This document shows positions 1-12,460 of a stretch of DNA of 64,000 nt, one piece after another. The translations under genes and the position numbers were made by a program. Location: NCBI GenBank assembly GCA_964016885.1, contig OZ024744.1:62000001-62064000 (forward strand), written 5' to 3'. Numbering within the stretch: position 1 is the first letter of the stretch; each line of letters opens with the position of its first letter. Below the pieces are notes generated by a model. That model saw nothing but the letters and a program-made list of their open reading frames with translations. It had not been told where the DNA came from and ran no database searches. This stretch comes from Eledone cirrhosa. Taxonomy: Eukaryota.

Positions 1-180
1 ATGAGGGCGTGTGTTGTAAAACCCTCTGAAATATTCACTGACACCAGGACGATACAACACTGATGATGTGTCCAAGGTTTTACATCTGTATGTAGTTAGG
101 TCACCTGGATGAGGGCGTGTGTTGTAAAACCCTCTGAAATATTCACTGACACCAGGATACAACAATGATGATGTGTCCAA
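1..180. repeat. 108-bp tandem repeat (~1.7 copies visible, may continue left of window)
   Basis: atgagggcgtgtgttgtaaaaccctctgaaatattcactgacaccagga occurs at 1 and 109; both copies continue to tgatgatgtgtccaa. Confidence 0.85.
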
Positions 181-905
181 GTATTTGCATCCAACAATGC
201 ATAAAGAACTTTAATTCCAACTCACCTATTTTTTTATTTATTTAATGAAACCCCGATTAATACTAAAATGTGGTACGTGAATAGGCTTCCTTTAGCCATG
301 ACTGGCCATGACTGACCATGACTTGATATCTAGATCTGCAAGGCTCCTCTCCAAAGTGAAGACCTGGGGATGGATTTTGTTTGTTTATTTTTTATATTAC
401 TTTATATAGTTTTTGTAAAATTATCAGTCACCCATGCATACAAGTCTTCCCTCTCCATATCACTAGTATTGTTCAAGGGAAGGTAAGGACTGATATAGCT
501 TGGCACTAAAGATGTCAAAGGCAAAGTCAGGATGCAAAGGGCCAAAAGCCATACAAAGCATCCTGTTTGACACTAACAATTCTACAAATCCACCGTTCCT
601 ATTAGATTAAAATCTTCCAACAAAATTTCATATAAAAACTTTGTATTAAGTCACTATCTTAGTAATAAAATAAATAATTTTAATAAGTCCCTCAAAATTT
701 TTCATTGGTTAATTAAATTACAAGGTTCCTTTTTAAATTCAAATCTCATAATAACAATAATATTGAAATTATTGTGTACAGTGCTCAGGTGCACTATAAC
801 TCATCAAAAGTGCATGTATAGTACATAGAATAATGTACAAATGTCAGGAAAGTGAACAGTGTATGAGTCATGATATACATGTATTCATGTGTATGGAGGG
901 GGACA

Positions 906-1090
906 TCAGGTGCAGTTTTGGCGAATCTCAGGAAGTATGGAGGTTTTAAAGGATACAGTGTCCCGACAGCTAACAACTGATGCAGGTAGTTTGTTCCATG
1001 CTTCAGCAACTCTGAGCGTGAAAATATGTTTCCAAAAGTCATTGGAGTTGTGCTGTTTCCTAACTTTATATCTCATTAGAAATACATTCA
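906..1090 (-). mobile_element. CR1-group LINE 3' fragment (ORF2 C-terminus)
   Basis: Minus-strand translation ...FWKHIFTLRVAEAWNKLPASVVSCRDTVSFKTSI matches the CR1/L2 FFSxRVVxxWNxLPxxVV...FK terminal motif. Confidence 0.75.
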
Positions 1091-1303
1091 TGAAAGTGTT
1101 AAAGAGTATGTTGTAGAGGAAGATTTTGGGTATATTCAAGCAAGAAGATTTCTTGGCTTAAACAAGGGAAAAAAATAGAGACAGTTGTAGCAATCTGTAT
1201 ACATTAGCTTTCATTCATTCAACCATTTGTGTTGACCTTTCCCCCAAGTCATACAATCTAATTGATCCAGAGAAGCTGAATCAATTTTTGAGCTATGAGT
1301 CAT

Positions 1304-1369
<66 letters not shown>

Positions 1370-1948
1370 TTCTCTCCCTCCCTCTCTCTCTACTACTAAT
1401 AAAATCTAAATACAAATACAATGTGGACACTATTGCAGTTTCAACATTGATTAAAATTACATTAATATTTCTTAAACTGCCAAGAACAATTGATCAATGT
1501 ATCATTGCTGTCTGCATCATCCTATTGAGCATATTGATTGTTAAAAGCTGAATATATACAACCTATTTTGTCCACCCTTGTCTCAGTCCAGATGTGTCAA
1601 GTCCACAGTTACCAGAATATATCATCTCGGACACAGGGTGTGATGTGGTGACTTAGTATTTAGTGTAAATTATACCCTAAACACTCACTTTACAAAGAAA
1701 ATTATTTCAATGTCCTGTTCCACATGAAGCCACATTAGCACGACATTCTTGAAAAGTACAAAACAGCACTATGACTGCATCACATTAAAATTTTCTGGTA
1801 AATCATTTCATGATTTTTTTTTTTTTTTTTTTTTATTACGTGTTCAAAACTTAAATATCAGCAGAGAAAACCTGTTTTAAATAAAATACTTATTTCAATT
1901 CACTATTTCAATACTTATTTCAATTCAAGTTGGTACTTAAAGCATAGT

Positions 1949-1993
<45 letters not shown>

Positions 1994-2519
1994 ATGGGGG
2001 GGGGGGGGGGGGGGGTACACAGAAATGTTAACAAGAGAAAGAAAAGAGTGTGAGTAGATCTTTCTTAAGGCATGAAGGACACATGACACAAGTAGCAGCC
2101 TAGGCTCCATTTCTGAAAAAATGAAACAAATAAGACAGCAAATAAATCTTACATCTAACTAGTTATTATAAAGGTCATGTAGCTTAGTGCTTGAGGTGTT
2201 CAGCTTACAATCATAAAGTTGTGAGTTCAATGCTCATCAACATTGAAATCCTGACTTTATTTCATGATGTTCCAGTCCATTCAGCTGGCAAAAGATAAGT
2301 TGAACTTGTAATTCAAAGGGCTGGCTTTGTCACACATTGTGTCACACTGAATCTTCCTGAGAATTATGTTAAAAGTACACGTCTGTGAAATTCTGAGCCA
2401 CTTGAACGTTAAATGCTGAAATAAAATCCAGTGATATCTATTCATATTTTAGTTAACACAGCATTTACGGACAACTTCCAAATACTGGTTGAATTAATAT
2501 TACCTTATTAGAAAGAGTG

Positions 2520-2800
2520 GGGGCATGTGACCTAGTGGTAAGTGTGTTGGACTTATGACCATAACGCTGTGGGTTCAATTCCTGGATTGGGTTGTGTCTT
2601 GTGTTCTTGAGCAAAACACTACATTTCCTGTTGCTCCAGTATACTCAGCTGAAAATGAGTACCAGCAATAGCTGGGAGTTTAACCCTGCGATGGACTGGC
2701 ATCCTGTTCAGGGGGAAGTATTGTACTCTCTGTTGCTTCAAGCCATAAAACTGGGATAAGCACTGGCCTAACGAGCCTCTGGGCTTAGGACAGACTTTAG
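2520..2800 (+). mobile_element. tRNA-derived SINE with conserved central domain (V/Meta-type); a more decayed head lies at ~2173-2300
   Basis: A-box-like tgacctagtgg, B-box ggttcaattcc, then cttgagcaaaacact and aaccctgcgatggactggcatcctgttcagggg. Confidence 0.7.
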
Positions 2801-3840
2801 GTTAGGCTTATTAGAAAGAAGACAAAAATCAAAGCTGAGGAAATATACAGTTACATCGTTGCACACTTACACCAAGTAATAATACCTAGGGTATAACATC
2901 CTAGCACCTAGAATTAACTTTATATGGCTGTGATGTTAATATTACAAAATTAATACACCCACTTATTTATTTTATGCATTTTCATCATGTAAAACACCTG
3001 CCAAAAACAGACGTTAATTCCAGATGAAAATTTGTTACATAAAAAAAAAAGAAGCTATGGCATGGTTGTGTGGTTAAAGAGTTAGCTTCGCAACCATGTA
3101 GTTCCAGGTTTCAATCTCATTGTACAGTACCAGTAGAAACTTGACCAATACCTTGTGACTGAAATTTGTTAAGGAAAAACTGTTGGGGGGGGGGGGGGTG
3201 ACTGTGTTTATGTGACCTGTAACATAAGCAGTTCATCTGAAAAAGAGATGAATAAAATAGATACAAGATTTGGAGGATAAAAAAATTAAAATTAAAATTC
3301 CTTTGAGGCAAAGCCCCAGCAGGGCCACAGTCAACTGATTGAAACCAATAAAAGAATAACAGAATAACGAAAGAATTCCTAACTTTAGTTAGCTTAAACA
3401 ACAGACATTCCACCATCACCAGCAGATGTATGTTTGTTGTTCTTTTTCATCACACACATACACACACATCTCTGCTAGATTTCTCTTTATTTCAAGAGAA
3501 CACCACTTACATCATGAAGTATTAGTAGTAGTAGCAGTAGTAGTAGTAGTAGTAGTAGTAAGAGTGCTTATATCATGTAGTAGTTATCTGCATCATCAGC
3601 AACAACAGCAACAATAGTAGTAGTAGTAGTAGCAGCAGTAAGACAACAATGATGACTAATAGAGATTCCACGTTATTTTCTTATTTCTTACAGCACAACT
3701 GACACGTTATTTTTTAACAAAATATTTCTATTTTTTTGTTTTTGTTTTCTTTATTCTAGTTTCTTTTTTCCCCCTCTCACAAAACTTCATTTTTTTTCCC
3801 CTCAGGTGTTAAGAAGAATCATGAAAACAAATTTTACACT

Positions 3841-4085
3841 TTAACCTTTTCATTACCATATTTCTAATGAAAGACAAAGCCTAGGGGTTTTCAAATAATT
3901 TTTTAAATCAAGAATTTTGAGATATTTAATAATATGTATATCTAACTTTCTCATTAAGTTGGCGTTTGGAACATAAAGGTTCTTACATATAATAATGATG
4001 GAAGGTTTCTAGATAAATATAAACACTTAATGTCATAGTTCCAAGGGAGATTTCATTGAGGTGGTTTGTTATTAAAAAAGTTATT
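3841..4085. mobile_element. Degenerate TTAA-ended MITE family (related copies ~16935-17172, ~20560-21122)
   Basis: Shared left end ttaacct...ttaccatatttctaatgaaagac and shared right end ggtatc(a/t)aa(g)ggttaa among the copies. Confidence 0.5.
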
Positions 4086-4188
4086 TTTAAAAAATCAAGT
4101 GCATGGTCTCAGCCAAATGGCTGGAACGGGTAAAAGAGTAATATGAATATTTTGAATAATTAACATTATATTTGTAGAAAATCATTAC

Positions 4189-4324
4189 CAGCAGCAGTAT
4201 TGTTTTTTCAATGTTTGTTGTTCCTTCCTGACATGGGTTGGACGAGATCTCTTTTCTGGCAGGTGTTTTTACATCTGAATACCCTTTCTTATGCCAATCC
4301 ATATGGTATATACCATTGATCTAA
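4189..4324 (-). other. Possible further exon of the minus-strand host gene
   Basis: Minus strand has ctttctgcag|ttag| tandem acceptors at 4325/4321 and ctg|gtaatg at 4189; reading frame ambiguous. Confidence 0.25.
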
Positions 4325-4875
4325 CTGCAGAAAGAGGCTACTAACTAGCAAGTATACAACAACCATAACATTATTATTTAATGCTGTTGTTCTTCTTTGC
4401 CCACTTAAAACTGGAAAGATTATGGGGTCAGAGTCCTCAATCATGCCTTCAAGCAGGTCCTGTCAGAAGCAACAGTCTCTAATTAATCTGGTTGAATCCC
4501 CAAGTGAAACCAGTTAAGCTTATAGACATTATACAGCCATCTGGTTCGAGTTCTATCCTGGGTCTCCTGTCAATTGGTTTTATCCATAAAATCTGTCCAG
4601 TAAGAAATCTAACTACATAAATGTAATATCAGAGTTGTGATCTCCCAGTTTGGAGAAATAGTGGCTCTACATGGAGCAACACTGATCTCTGAGTTACACA
4701 TTTCATCAACTAATGTTATTCTATTTTTTAATGTTAAAAAATGCAGAAAAAGTTGCTATAAAAACAATTGGCTATTAAATTGAGACAGGTAAATAATGTG
4801 CCCATCATGCTTTTATTTAAAATTATTATTTACTGAAAAGGTACTGCAAAAACATAGGTAGGTCAACCTCTAAGC

Positions 4876-5737
4876 CAGGGGTTGGCAACAGATGAGGTTG
4901 TGACACACATGAGGGCTATAAGGTATTCTCTGTAGATCTCAGATATTTTCAAATTTTTATATGTAAGATATGATATAATATTTATGTTGACTATGGATAA
5001 AACTATAAATATCAAAAGTGGGCCATGAATGTATTCTCTGTGGGCCTCACACTTTTTCAAATGTTTATATGTTGTTGAAAGATTGACAAGACCCAATGTC
5101 TCATTCACTTACTGAGTGAAGTGGAACTCATCAGATCCCATTTGTCTTTCAATTGCTGATACTACCAGTTGTAACTCCCGGCAAGGGAGCAATGTGAAAT
5201 AAAGTGTTTTGCTCAAGGACATAGTACTACCGCCCAATCACAATTGTGAATCCAACTTTCTAACCATTAAACCACATGCCTTTACTTATATATTAATTTA
5301 TATGTATGATTATAATCATCATTGTTACTGTTTAGCGTTCATTTTTCCATGCTTGCATGGGTTAGACAGGTCATCCATGCTGGGAGGCAAGTCTGGCCAG
5401 TGTTGGCCATACCATACCTTGCCCTGACGGGACAATAAATTTTGCCAGCTGGATGCCCTTCCTAACACCAATCACATTTACAGTGTGAAACAATATGGTA
5501 TAATATACATGTGTACCATTAAGGTATTCTCGGTGGGCATCAAACCTTTTCAAATGTTTATATTTGAGATAATGTACAGAGTGTGTGCATGGGGGAGGGG
5601 GCATTGAGGTGTACTCGGTGGACCTCAGGCCTATTCAAATGTTTAGATGTAAAATATGATATCATATACATGTGGGCCATGGGTGAAATGAAAAGTATAA
5701 AAAATGGGCCATCACAAGAATAAATTTTTTATCCCTG
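4876..5737. mobile_element. Old hAT (Charlie/Buster-like) non-autonomous element with nested SINE fragments
   Basis: Ends caggggttggcaa ... tttatccctg; flanks ctctaagc / gtctatgt resemble a decayed nTCTAGAn 8-bp TSD; internal repeats of (a)ggtattctc(t/g)gtgg. Confidence 0.4.
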
Positions 5738-7544
5738 GTCTATGTTATGTAGAGACATATACACATTCAAGAAATAATAAATATTTGGTCATGTAAGTAT
5801 TTATAAAGTATTTCTTTTCTCAAAGTATATGTAAAACCTTCACCCATCACTATTCGAATGCATGCCTCATTCAATGTATACATAAGGATTCTTCTAGTGT
5901 TATTATTGATTTATCATTTCCATGAGTAGCCATTGGAAGTCTCCTTCCTATTATAGAATTTTATGTTTACAATTTTATTGTTACCTCTTGTTTTTATTTG
6001 TTATTTCTCATTTGTACATGTTTCCATAAAACAACCGTGTTGTAGTGTTCTTAATGTCTTTATTTTTTTTTGTTTGTAAATCATTGTTTGAGAGACAGTA
6101 CTTAATAAATAATAATAATAATAAAAATGATAATTATGTAATTTTCTACTAAATTTCTTAGCCCTGGATTAAACATAAATCTTATATATAATGTATTGCT
6201 TATTTCAAGATTCACTTCTGTTAAAACTTTCAAATGTCAACTTCCGTTAGCGCTCATTATATCATAACGTTTATATTTCTGTCACTAATCTCATTTTCTC
6301 CTTTTTTGTTTTCATAACATTTTGCCGTAATGCCGTTTATATATAATGTCTTTTTTTTTTTTAATCATGGATTACTTTACTGCTTATGGAAGAGAGTGTA
6401 ACAAAGTCTTTGTTCAATTTCGGTGCATATTGTCAATTTACTTTTCAATTTATATATCATATCTATATGCATATATATTTGCGTCTAATATCAATATACA
6501 CACTATACATGTTAGCAGAAAACTGCCCGAAGGGTGGTTTTTCTGCTAGTAATAACAGTAATGGTGATGAAGATTGTGATGATTAAGACAGTGATAGCAA
6601 TCAATTATGCCAGTATTGTGAAATACTAACTGAAAAGAAAAGGCAGAAGTATGCAGCAGTAATGGTATGAAAGAACAACAAAGCAACCACACTCTGGGAT
6701 GTGGTACAAAAAGATAATGTCTCTCAATGAAATGGAGAAATTACCCAAATATAAACATTTGAAAATCAAAATAACCAAATATAGATGATAAAAACAAAGA
6801 TGTCCCTATAAGTGCATACAAAATGGTTGAAAAACCTTGTAGACAAATACATAAGCCCCAATATGACTAACATATACCATTGTTTTACATCCACTTTTCC
6901 ATGTTGTCATTGGTTAGACAAGATGTTTTGAGAATTTTTTTACAGTCAGATGCCTTTTCTGATGTCAAGCTTTTTACTTGCCGCTTACGATATGCAGGGA
7001 TATGATTTATCTATTCTAAAAACTGGGATTCACATGCAAAAAATGGCACAAGACTACAAGGGCTGTATATACATACTGCATAGACATATATGTACAAGAC
7101 ATATATATAAATACAAGACATAAATATATACAAGACATATATACAACATTCAGAAAATAGGACTACTTGGTATTGTATACATTATGTAGAGTACCTCAGG
7201 ATTTATATAAACATAAAAAAAGAGCATTACTAGGCACTGAGCACATGAGTACCCCAGGACTTATATAGACAACATACAGAAAAGAGTACTAGTAGACAAT
7301 GTACACAGGGTCTTGTACACATATGCAGAATATCCCAGGTTTTATATAGACAACATACAGAAAATAGAACTACTAAGCACTGAACATATATGTGAAATAC
7401 TGCCAATACAAAACAAAACACTGTATATACTCAAATGACACAGACCACTCAGTTGAGTAGTAAAAGCACACAAAAACATATGACTGCTGAATAATAACAA
7501 AATTTAAAAAAGTGACAATAAAAGATATATATATATATTCTTAC

Positions 7545-8043
7545 CGTTTCTAATTCGGTATGAATTATTTTCATTTGCTCCACTAGCTTCAGAGAAAGAT
7601 TGTGAGGGAGATTTTACTGAAGATGTAGTCTGGTTACTGTGACTCAATGGTGGTTGTGTCTTTTCATGAGCTGCTGGTACACCCTCCACGGGGACAAAAT
7701 CACTTTTCCCGTATGTAACATTATTATTTTGGCTTTGCAAATTTCCAAGTGTAGAATGAGAAGGCTTCATCATGGATGGTGGAATAGTGTTGATATAGTC
7801 CTGCTCAGCATCCACAGAGGATTCTACATGGTAAGAAGATCTTTTCTTCTCCTCAGCAAACTGAGAACTATAAGTTGACTGAGATGTCCAGCTTTTGGGG
7901 CGCCTCTTTCTAGGCCATGTGTTACTGGGATCGTTTGATATGTATCCATTATAGCTGCTCTCGTAATTCTGCTGAAGATTTCCATTGCTCCTTTGTTGCT
8001 CTTCAAATTCCTCATGATTCGGAGCCTCTTGGTTTACAGTTGC
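7545..8043 (-). CDS. Internal coding exon (499 nt, 166 codons + 1 nt) of an unidentified host gene; S/N/Q/E-rich, probably disordered
   Basis: Stop-free frame ATVNQEAPNHEEFEEQQ...NTWPRKRRPKSWTSQ...DAEQDYINTIPPS...NENNSYRIRN, bounded by acceptor tttctatttaaag| and donor |gtaag; higher GC than flanks. The ORF track shows only its 3' part. Confidence 0.75.
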
Positions 8044-9357
8044 CTTTAAATAGAAAGTGTTTAACCAACATAAGGCTCGATAAATCAGGTAGTTTTAGAT
8101 AACAATAGAAACAGGCGCACAAGATAGCATGATGCCGTTATCAATGAAAACCAATAAACAAATACAGGAAGTTATTTTCAGTTAAACTTTGGTAAAGATA
8201 TATCTTGCCAGACCTGAAAACATCACTTATGACAGGCTTACACAGTAAAAAACAGATCAGTTAAACTTGAGAACCAAAACAGCATACCTACCAGGTGTAA
8301 TAATAGAAAGTAATATGCTTGCCAGCTACATGGAAAACATATTAAGTATTACAGAAAGGTGCAATTAACTATCTTAGTATTTGTACTACACAAGATTTCT
8401 CTTTGATACTACTGTAATGGAATATGGTAAAGTTATGGATATTACTGTTGTGTTCACAGTTTACATACACCTTTATTACTACTACTACTATTATTACATG
8501 CTGCATATACATGTGTAATTAAATACATGTCTACATGGAAAAATATTCGTGCGTGTGCGTGTGCGTGTGTGTATACATGTGTAATGTGAGTGTGTTAAAC
8601 CAATTAACTGAGGTAAAATAACTATGACAGACAAAAAAAAAAAAAAATATTTCATTTACTCCAATTATTTACGAATAGAATTTAAGACATCACTTTTGCA
8701 AATATTTCAGCTTAACTTAGCAACAAACTGTTGGGAATGTTATTTATGGCAGTACCCCAGCATGGTCACAAACCATGGGCTGAAACATGTAAAAGAATTC
8801 CTGGAAGCAATGAACAATAAAACACTAAACAATATCCAATTTTGGAGAGAAATGTGTCTGCTAACCCTTTCTTTACTACATGTCTATTGAGGAATATTGC
8901 TTATGATTTTCAAATACTTTTGAAAATAATAAAAATTTGGAAAGGCTTAGTACCAGTAATGCACTGGGTAATTGCTGGCCTTGTGCCAAAAGTAGAAACA
9001 ATTATTAATCTGGTGTTCAGAACATAATAAAGATTCTTACATAAGATTATCATGGGATCGCTTTAAAAATCATAAACTGAAAACCTTTGTAGCTTAGAAA
9101 AATTAGCAGCTTCAGGTGGTTTGGTAATTAAACGGTTACATATCTTCTAATCAGTCCTTTAGCCTCGTTATAACCTGCAACCAAGCAGTGTCTTCATTTG
9201 TCTCAAAAGTTTTTTAGAAGGCAACACCAGCATTTCCTGATGTAGGATATAATTGTTGAAGTGTGTATGTCTTTTTTTTTTCTTTTTTGCCACTTTTTTA
9301 TCAAGTATTTAAAAAAAATCATATTCCAACAATGCCAGCATTGAAAAACGCATGTAT

Positions 9358-12300
9358 ATCATCATCATCATCATCATCATTTTACGTCCGCTTTTCCCTG
9401 CTTGCAAGGGTGGGACGGGTCTTATTCAGCACAGCATCTCTCCACTCGTCACGGTCCCTCGTCATCTCCACCGTGAGCTTCAATGATCTGAGGTCTGTTC
9501 TCACCACCTCCGCCCATGTTTTTCGTGGTCTACCTCTACTACGTCTTCCTTCAACTGGCATTTCCTGGCACTTCTTCACCCATCGGTCATCCTCCATGCG
9601 CATCACATGTCCATACCACCTCAGTCTCCTCTCCCGTACACTACATTCTATCCCTCTCAGACACAGTTTCTCTCTCAACACATTTATGCTGGGTCGTTCA
9701 CGCACATTTACACTGCACATCCAACGGAGCATGCTTGCCTCATTTCTCTCCAGCCGTCGCATATCTTCTGCGGTAGCTGCCCATGTCTCACTACCATGCA
9801 GCATCGCGCTCCTCACACAGGCATCATACAACCGGCCTTTCGTACGCAGGGAGAAACCCTTCTTCGTCAACAGAGGAAGCAGCTCCCTAAACTTCTTCCA
9901 ACCCGTCCTTATTCTAGATACTATGGCCTCGGAACACCCTCCTCCCATGCTAATCTGATCTCCTAGGTACCGGAAGCTATCCACCACTTCTATAGCGCCC
10001 TCTCGCATTTGAAAAATGTGTCTATCAGTGCGACTTCTACTGTCTAATTTCCCTGTACATCTACTGCATACATATTTCTCCCTACCTGTTAGTTTGCCTG
10101 CTATCCCGCTACATCTCTTGTGTACCCAGGACCTACATTGTGTGCATTTTATAGAATTTATGCCAGTTCCTTTTCTGCATATCGAACATGGCCATTTCCC
10201 TGACGGAATCAGGGTTTTGTCCTCTTTTCTACTCATCAACACTTTTGTCTTAGCTAGATTTACTCTCAGTCCTCTTGCTTCCAACTGCTGTTTCCATAGC
10301 CGGAATTTATTCTCTAGCTCCTCTACTGATTCTGCCATAAGAGCCAGATCGTCAGCATAGAGAAGTTCCCATGGACAGCCAGTCTTAAACTCCTCTGTTA
10401 TGGCTTGGAGGACTATAATGAACAAGAGCGGGCTGAGGACCGAACCCTGATGTACTCCTACTTGTATCTGGAATTCCTCACTAAACTCCATTCCTACCCT
10501 GACTTTACTGAGAGTACCTCTGTACAAAGTTTGCACTGTCCTTACAAGCCATTCCTCAACACCCAGCTTCCTTAGGGACCACCAGATGACAGATCGGGGT
10601 ACCCTATCAAAGGCCTTCTCTAGGTCAACAAAGGCCAAGTATAGTGGCTTATTCTTCTCTAAGAACCTCTCTTGCATTTGTCTCACCAAGAAGAGGGCAT
10701 CTGTTGTACTCTTCCCAGGCACAAAACCAAACTGCATCTCATCTAGTTTGACCCTTTCTCTAATTAGTTGTGCTAAAATCCTTTCTGCCACTTTCATAAC
10801 CTGATCTATCAGTTTTATACCCCTATAATTGCTCCTCTCCAAAGCATCCCCTTTACCTTTGTAGCAATTTATGAGAATACTGCTGCACCAGTCTTTGGGT
10901 ATGACACCACCATATATAGCCTGATTGATTATGCGTGCAACCAGTTTAGTGCCTACGTCCCCTGATGCCTTCAGCATCTCAGCAACTATTCCCGATGGTC
11001 CGGCCGCCTTACCATTTTTCATTTCCCTAATCGCCTCTTGGACCCTATATTCGTCAATCTCAATAGCTGGTCCCTCTGTCGGATCTACCAAGGGTAATTT
11101 CTCTCTCTCCCATTCGTTCTCCACATTCATCAGTCTCTCATAATGGCATTTCCAGGCCTCCTTTTTCTGGTCATTCGTGGCACTAAGTACACCGGCATCA
11201 TCCCGGACACATTTATCACCAACAACATCCTGATTTGCATTGACACACTGCCTTGCAATGTGGAACACCGCACGCCTCTGATCTTCCCGTCGCAGAACAT
11301 TGGCAAACCTCCTACTCTCTGCCTCCCTGCGTGCTAAGTACACCTGACGTCTAGCTTCTCTCTTAGTGGCTGTATATTCTTCCCTACTCCCACCCTTATT
11401 CCAAGCCTTCCATGCTAGTCTTTTGTCTCTAATAGCCTTATCTACACTGCTGTTCCACCACCAGGTCACTCTCTGTCTGGTTGGGGCTCTGCTCCAGCCA
11501 CAAGTTTCATCAGTAGCCTTCAGCAAGTTGTCACGTAAGAACTTCCAGTTATTATCTATGTCATACGTCTCTAAATCGTCTTCTTTTTCGTCATATACAT
11601 CTTGAAGGGCTTTCCTAAATTTGAATTTTAGTGAAAGGTCTTTTAGCTTCCAGACCTTTCTTCTCCACACCTTCCTATATGGCTCATTCCATCTCTTGCT
11701 TACTGAGATATCACTAACAACTAACCTATGCTGTGGGGTACATTCTTCCCCAGGGTATGCCTTGGTATTAGACACTATCTGCCTGTCCCGCTGCCTAACT
11801 AGCAGGAAGTCAATCTGGCTTATGTGCTCACCAGATTTGTAGGTTATTAGGTGATTGGCAGGTTTCTGGAAGTTTGTGTTGCAAATAGTCAATGTACTTG
11901 CATCACAAAATTCAAGAAGTCTCACTCCTTCTTCATTTCTTGAACCGTAACCATGCCCACCATGTACCCCAGTGTAACCATCCTGGAGCTGTCCAACATG
12001 ACCATTGAAGTCTCCTGCTAGCATAACGATGTCTCCGTCCTCTGTCATTGTGGTTGTTTGCAAAAGTTGCTCATAAAAGCAGTCTTTCTCATCTTTGCCT
12101 AGGCCTGCTTGGGGAGCATAGACCGAGATGATTGTCAGTAGTCTCCTACCTACAACTAATCTAAGCTTAATTATTCGATTACTAACTCGAACTACCTCTA
12201 TTGTCTTATTGATCCATTTCTCAGCCAGGAAAATGCCTACTCCCCCTAACCCATCATCCTTACCTACCCAGAATAGCTTATAGCTAAGACGCTTGCCTAC

Positions 12301-12435
12301 GACTAGTCTCGCAGAGGCACCTCTCCATCTCACCTCTTGCACGCAGCACACATCCACCTGCCTTCTCTCCAGCATCTCCGCTATTTCAGCAGATCTACCT
12401 CTGAGAGTGCCAACATTAAGTGTTGCAACTCTGAT
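9358..12435 (-). mobile_element. RTE-clade LINE, family A; near full-length ORF2 with (ATG)n tail
   Basis: APE motifs (VQEVRW, SVYAPQ, GDFNGH, IDFLL, HRLV), RT motifs (QFGF, AFVDLEKAFDRV, GVHQGSVLSP, LLYADD), RTE C-terminus (RLRWYGHV, RGRPRKTW), tail (atg)n. Confidence 0.95.
9382..12435 (-). CDS. APE endonuclease-reverse transcriptase with PHD-like Cys/His finger (1017 uninterrupted codons; native start missing)
   Basis: No stops from IRVATLNVGTL to [12 protein letters not shown]; the extra 29 N-terminal residues in the ORF track come from a microsatellite and a MITE. Confidence 0.9.
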   Translation of the reverse strand: MRVATLNVGTLRGRSAEIAEMLERRQVDVCCVQEVRWRGASARLVVGKRLSYKLFWVGKDDGLGGVGIFLAEKWINKTIEVVRVSNRIIKLRLVVGRRLLTIISVYAPQAGLGKDEKDCFYEQLLQTTTMTEDGDIVMLAGDFNGHVGQLQDGYTGVHGGHGYGSRNEEGVRLLEFCDASTLTICNTNFQKPANHLITYKSGEHISQIDFLLVRQRDRQIVSNTKAYPGEECTPQHRLVVSDISVSKRWNEPYRKVWRRKVWKLKDLSLKFKFRKALQDVYDEKEDDLETYDIDNNWKFLRDNLLKATDETCGWSRAPTRQRVTWWWNSSVDKAIRDKRLAWKAWNKGGSREEYTATKREARRQVYLARREAESRRFANVLRREDQRRAVFHIARQCVNANQDVVGDKCVRDDAGVLSATNDQKKEAWKCHYERLMNVENEWEREKLPLVDPTEGPAIEIDEYRVQEAIREMKNGKAAGPSGIVAEMLKASGDVGTKLVARIINQAIYGGVIPKDWCSSILINCYKGKGDALERSNYRGIKLIDQVMKVAERILAQLIRERVKLDEMQFGFVPGKSTTDALFLVRQMQERFLEKNKPLYLAFVDLEKAFDRVPRSVIWWSLRKLGVEEWLVRTVQTLYRGTLSKVRVGMEFSEEFQIQVGVHQGSVLSPLLFIIVLQAITEEFKTGCPWELLYADDLALMAESVEELENKFRLWKQQLEARGLRVNLAKTKVLMSRKEDKTLIPSGKWPCSICRKGTGINSIKCTQCRSWVHKRCSGIAGKLTGREKYVCSRCTGKLDSRSRTDRHIFQMREGAIEVVDSFRYLGDQISMGGGCSEAIVSRIRTGWKKFRELLPLLTKKGFSLRTKGRLYDACVRSAMLHGSETWAATAEDMRRLERNEASMLRWMCSVNVRERPSINVLREKLCLRGIECSVRERRLRWYGHVMRMEDDRWVKKCQEMPVEGRRSRGRPRKTWAEVVRTDLRSLKLTVEMTRDRDEWRDAVLNKTRPTLASREKRT

Positions 12436-12460
12436 ATATATACATATATACATGCACATA

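Noticed and set aside
9263-11842. Plus-strand ORFs overlapping the RTE (and antisense ORFs over other LINEs)
   Set aside because: Antisense shadows of the LINE coding frames
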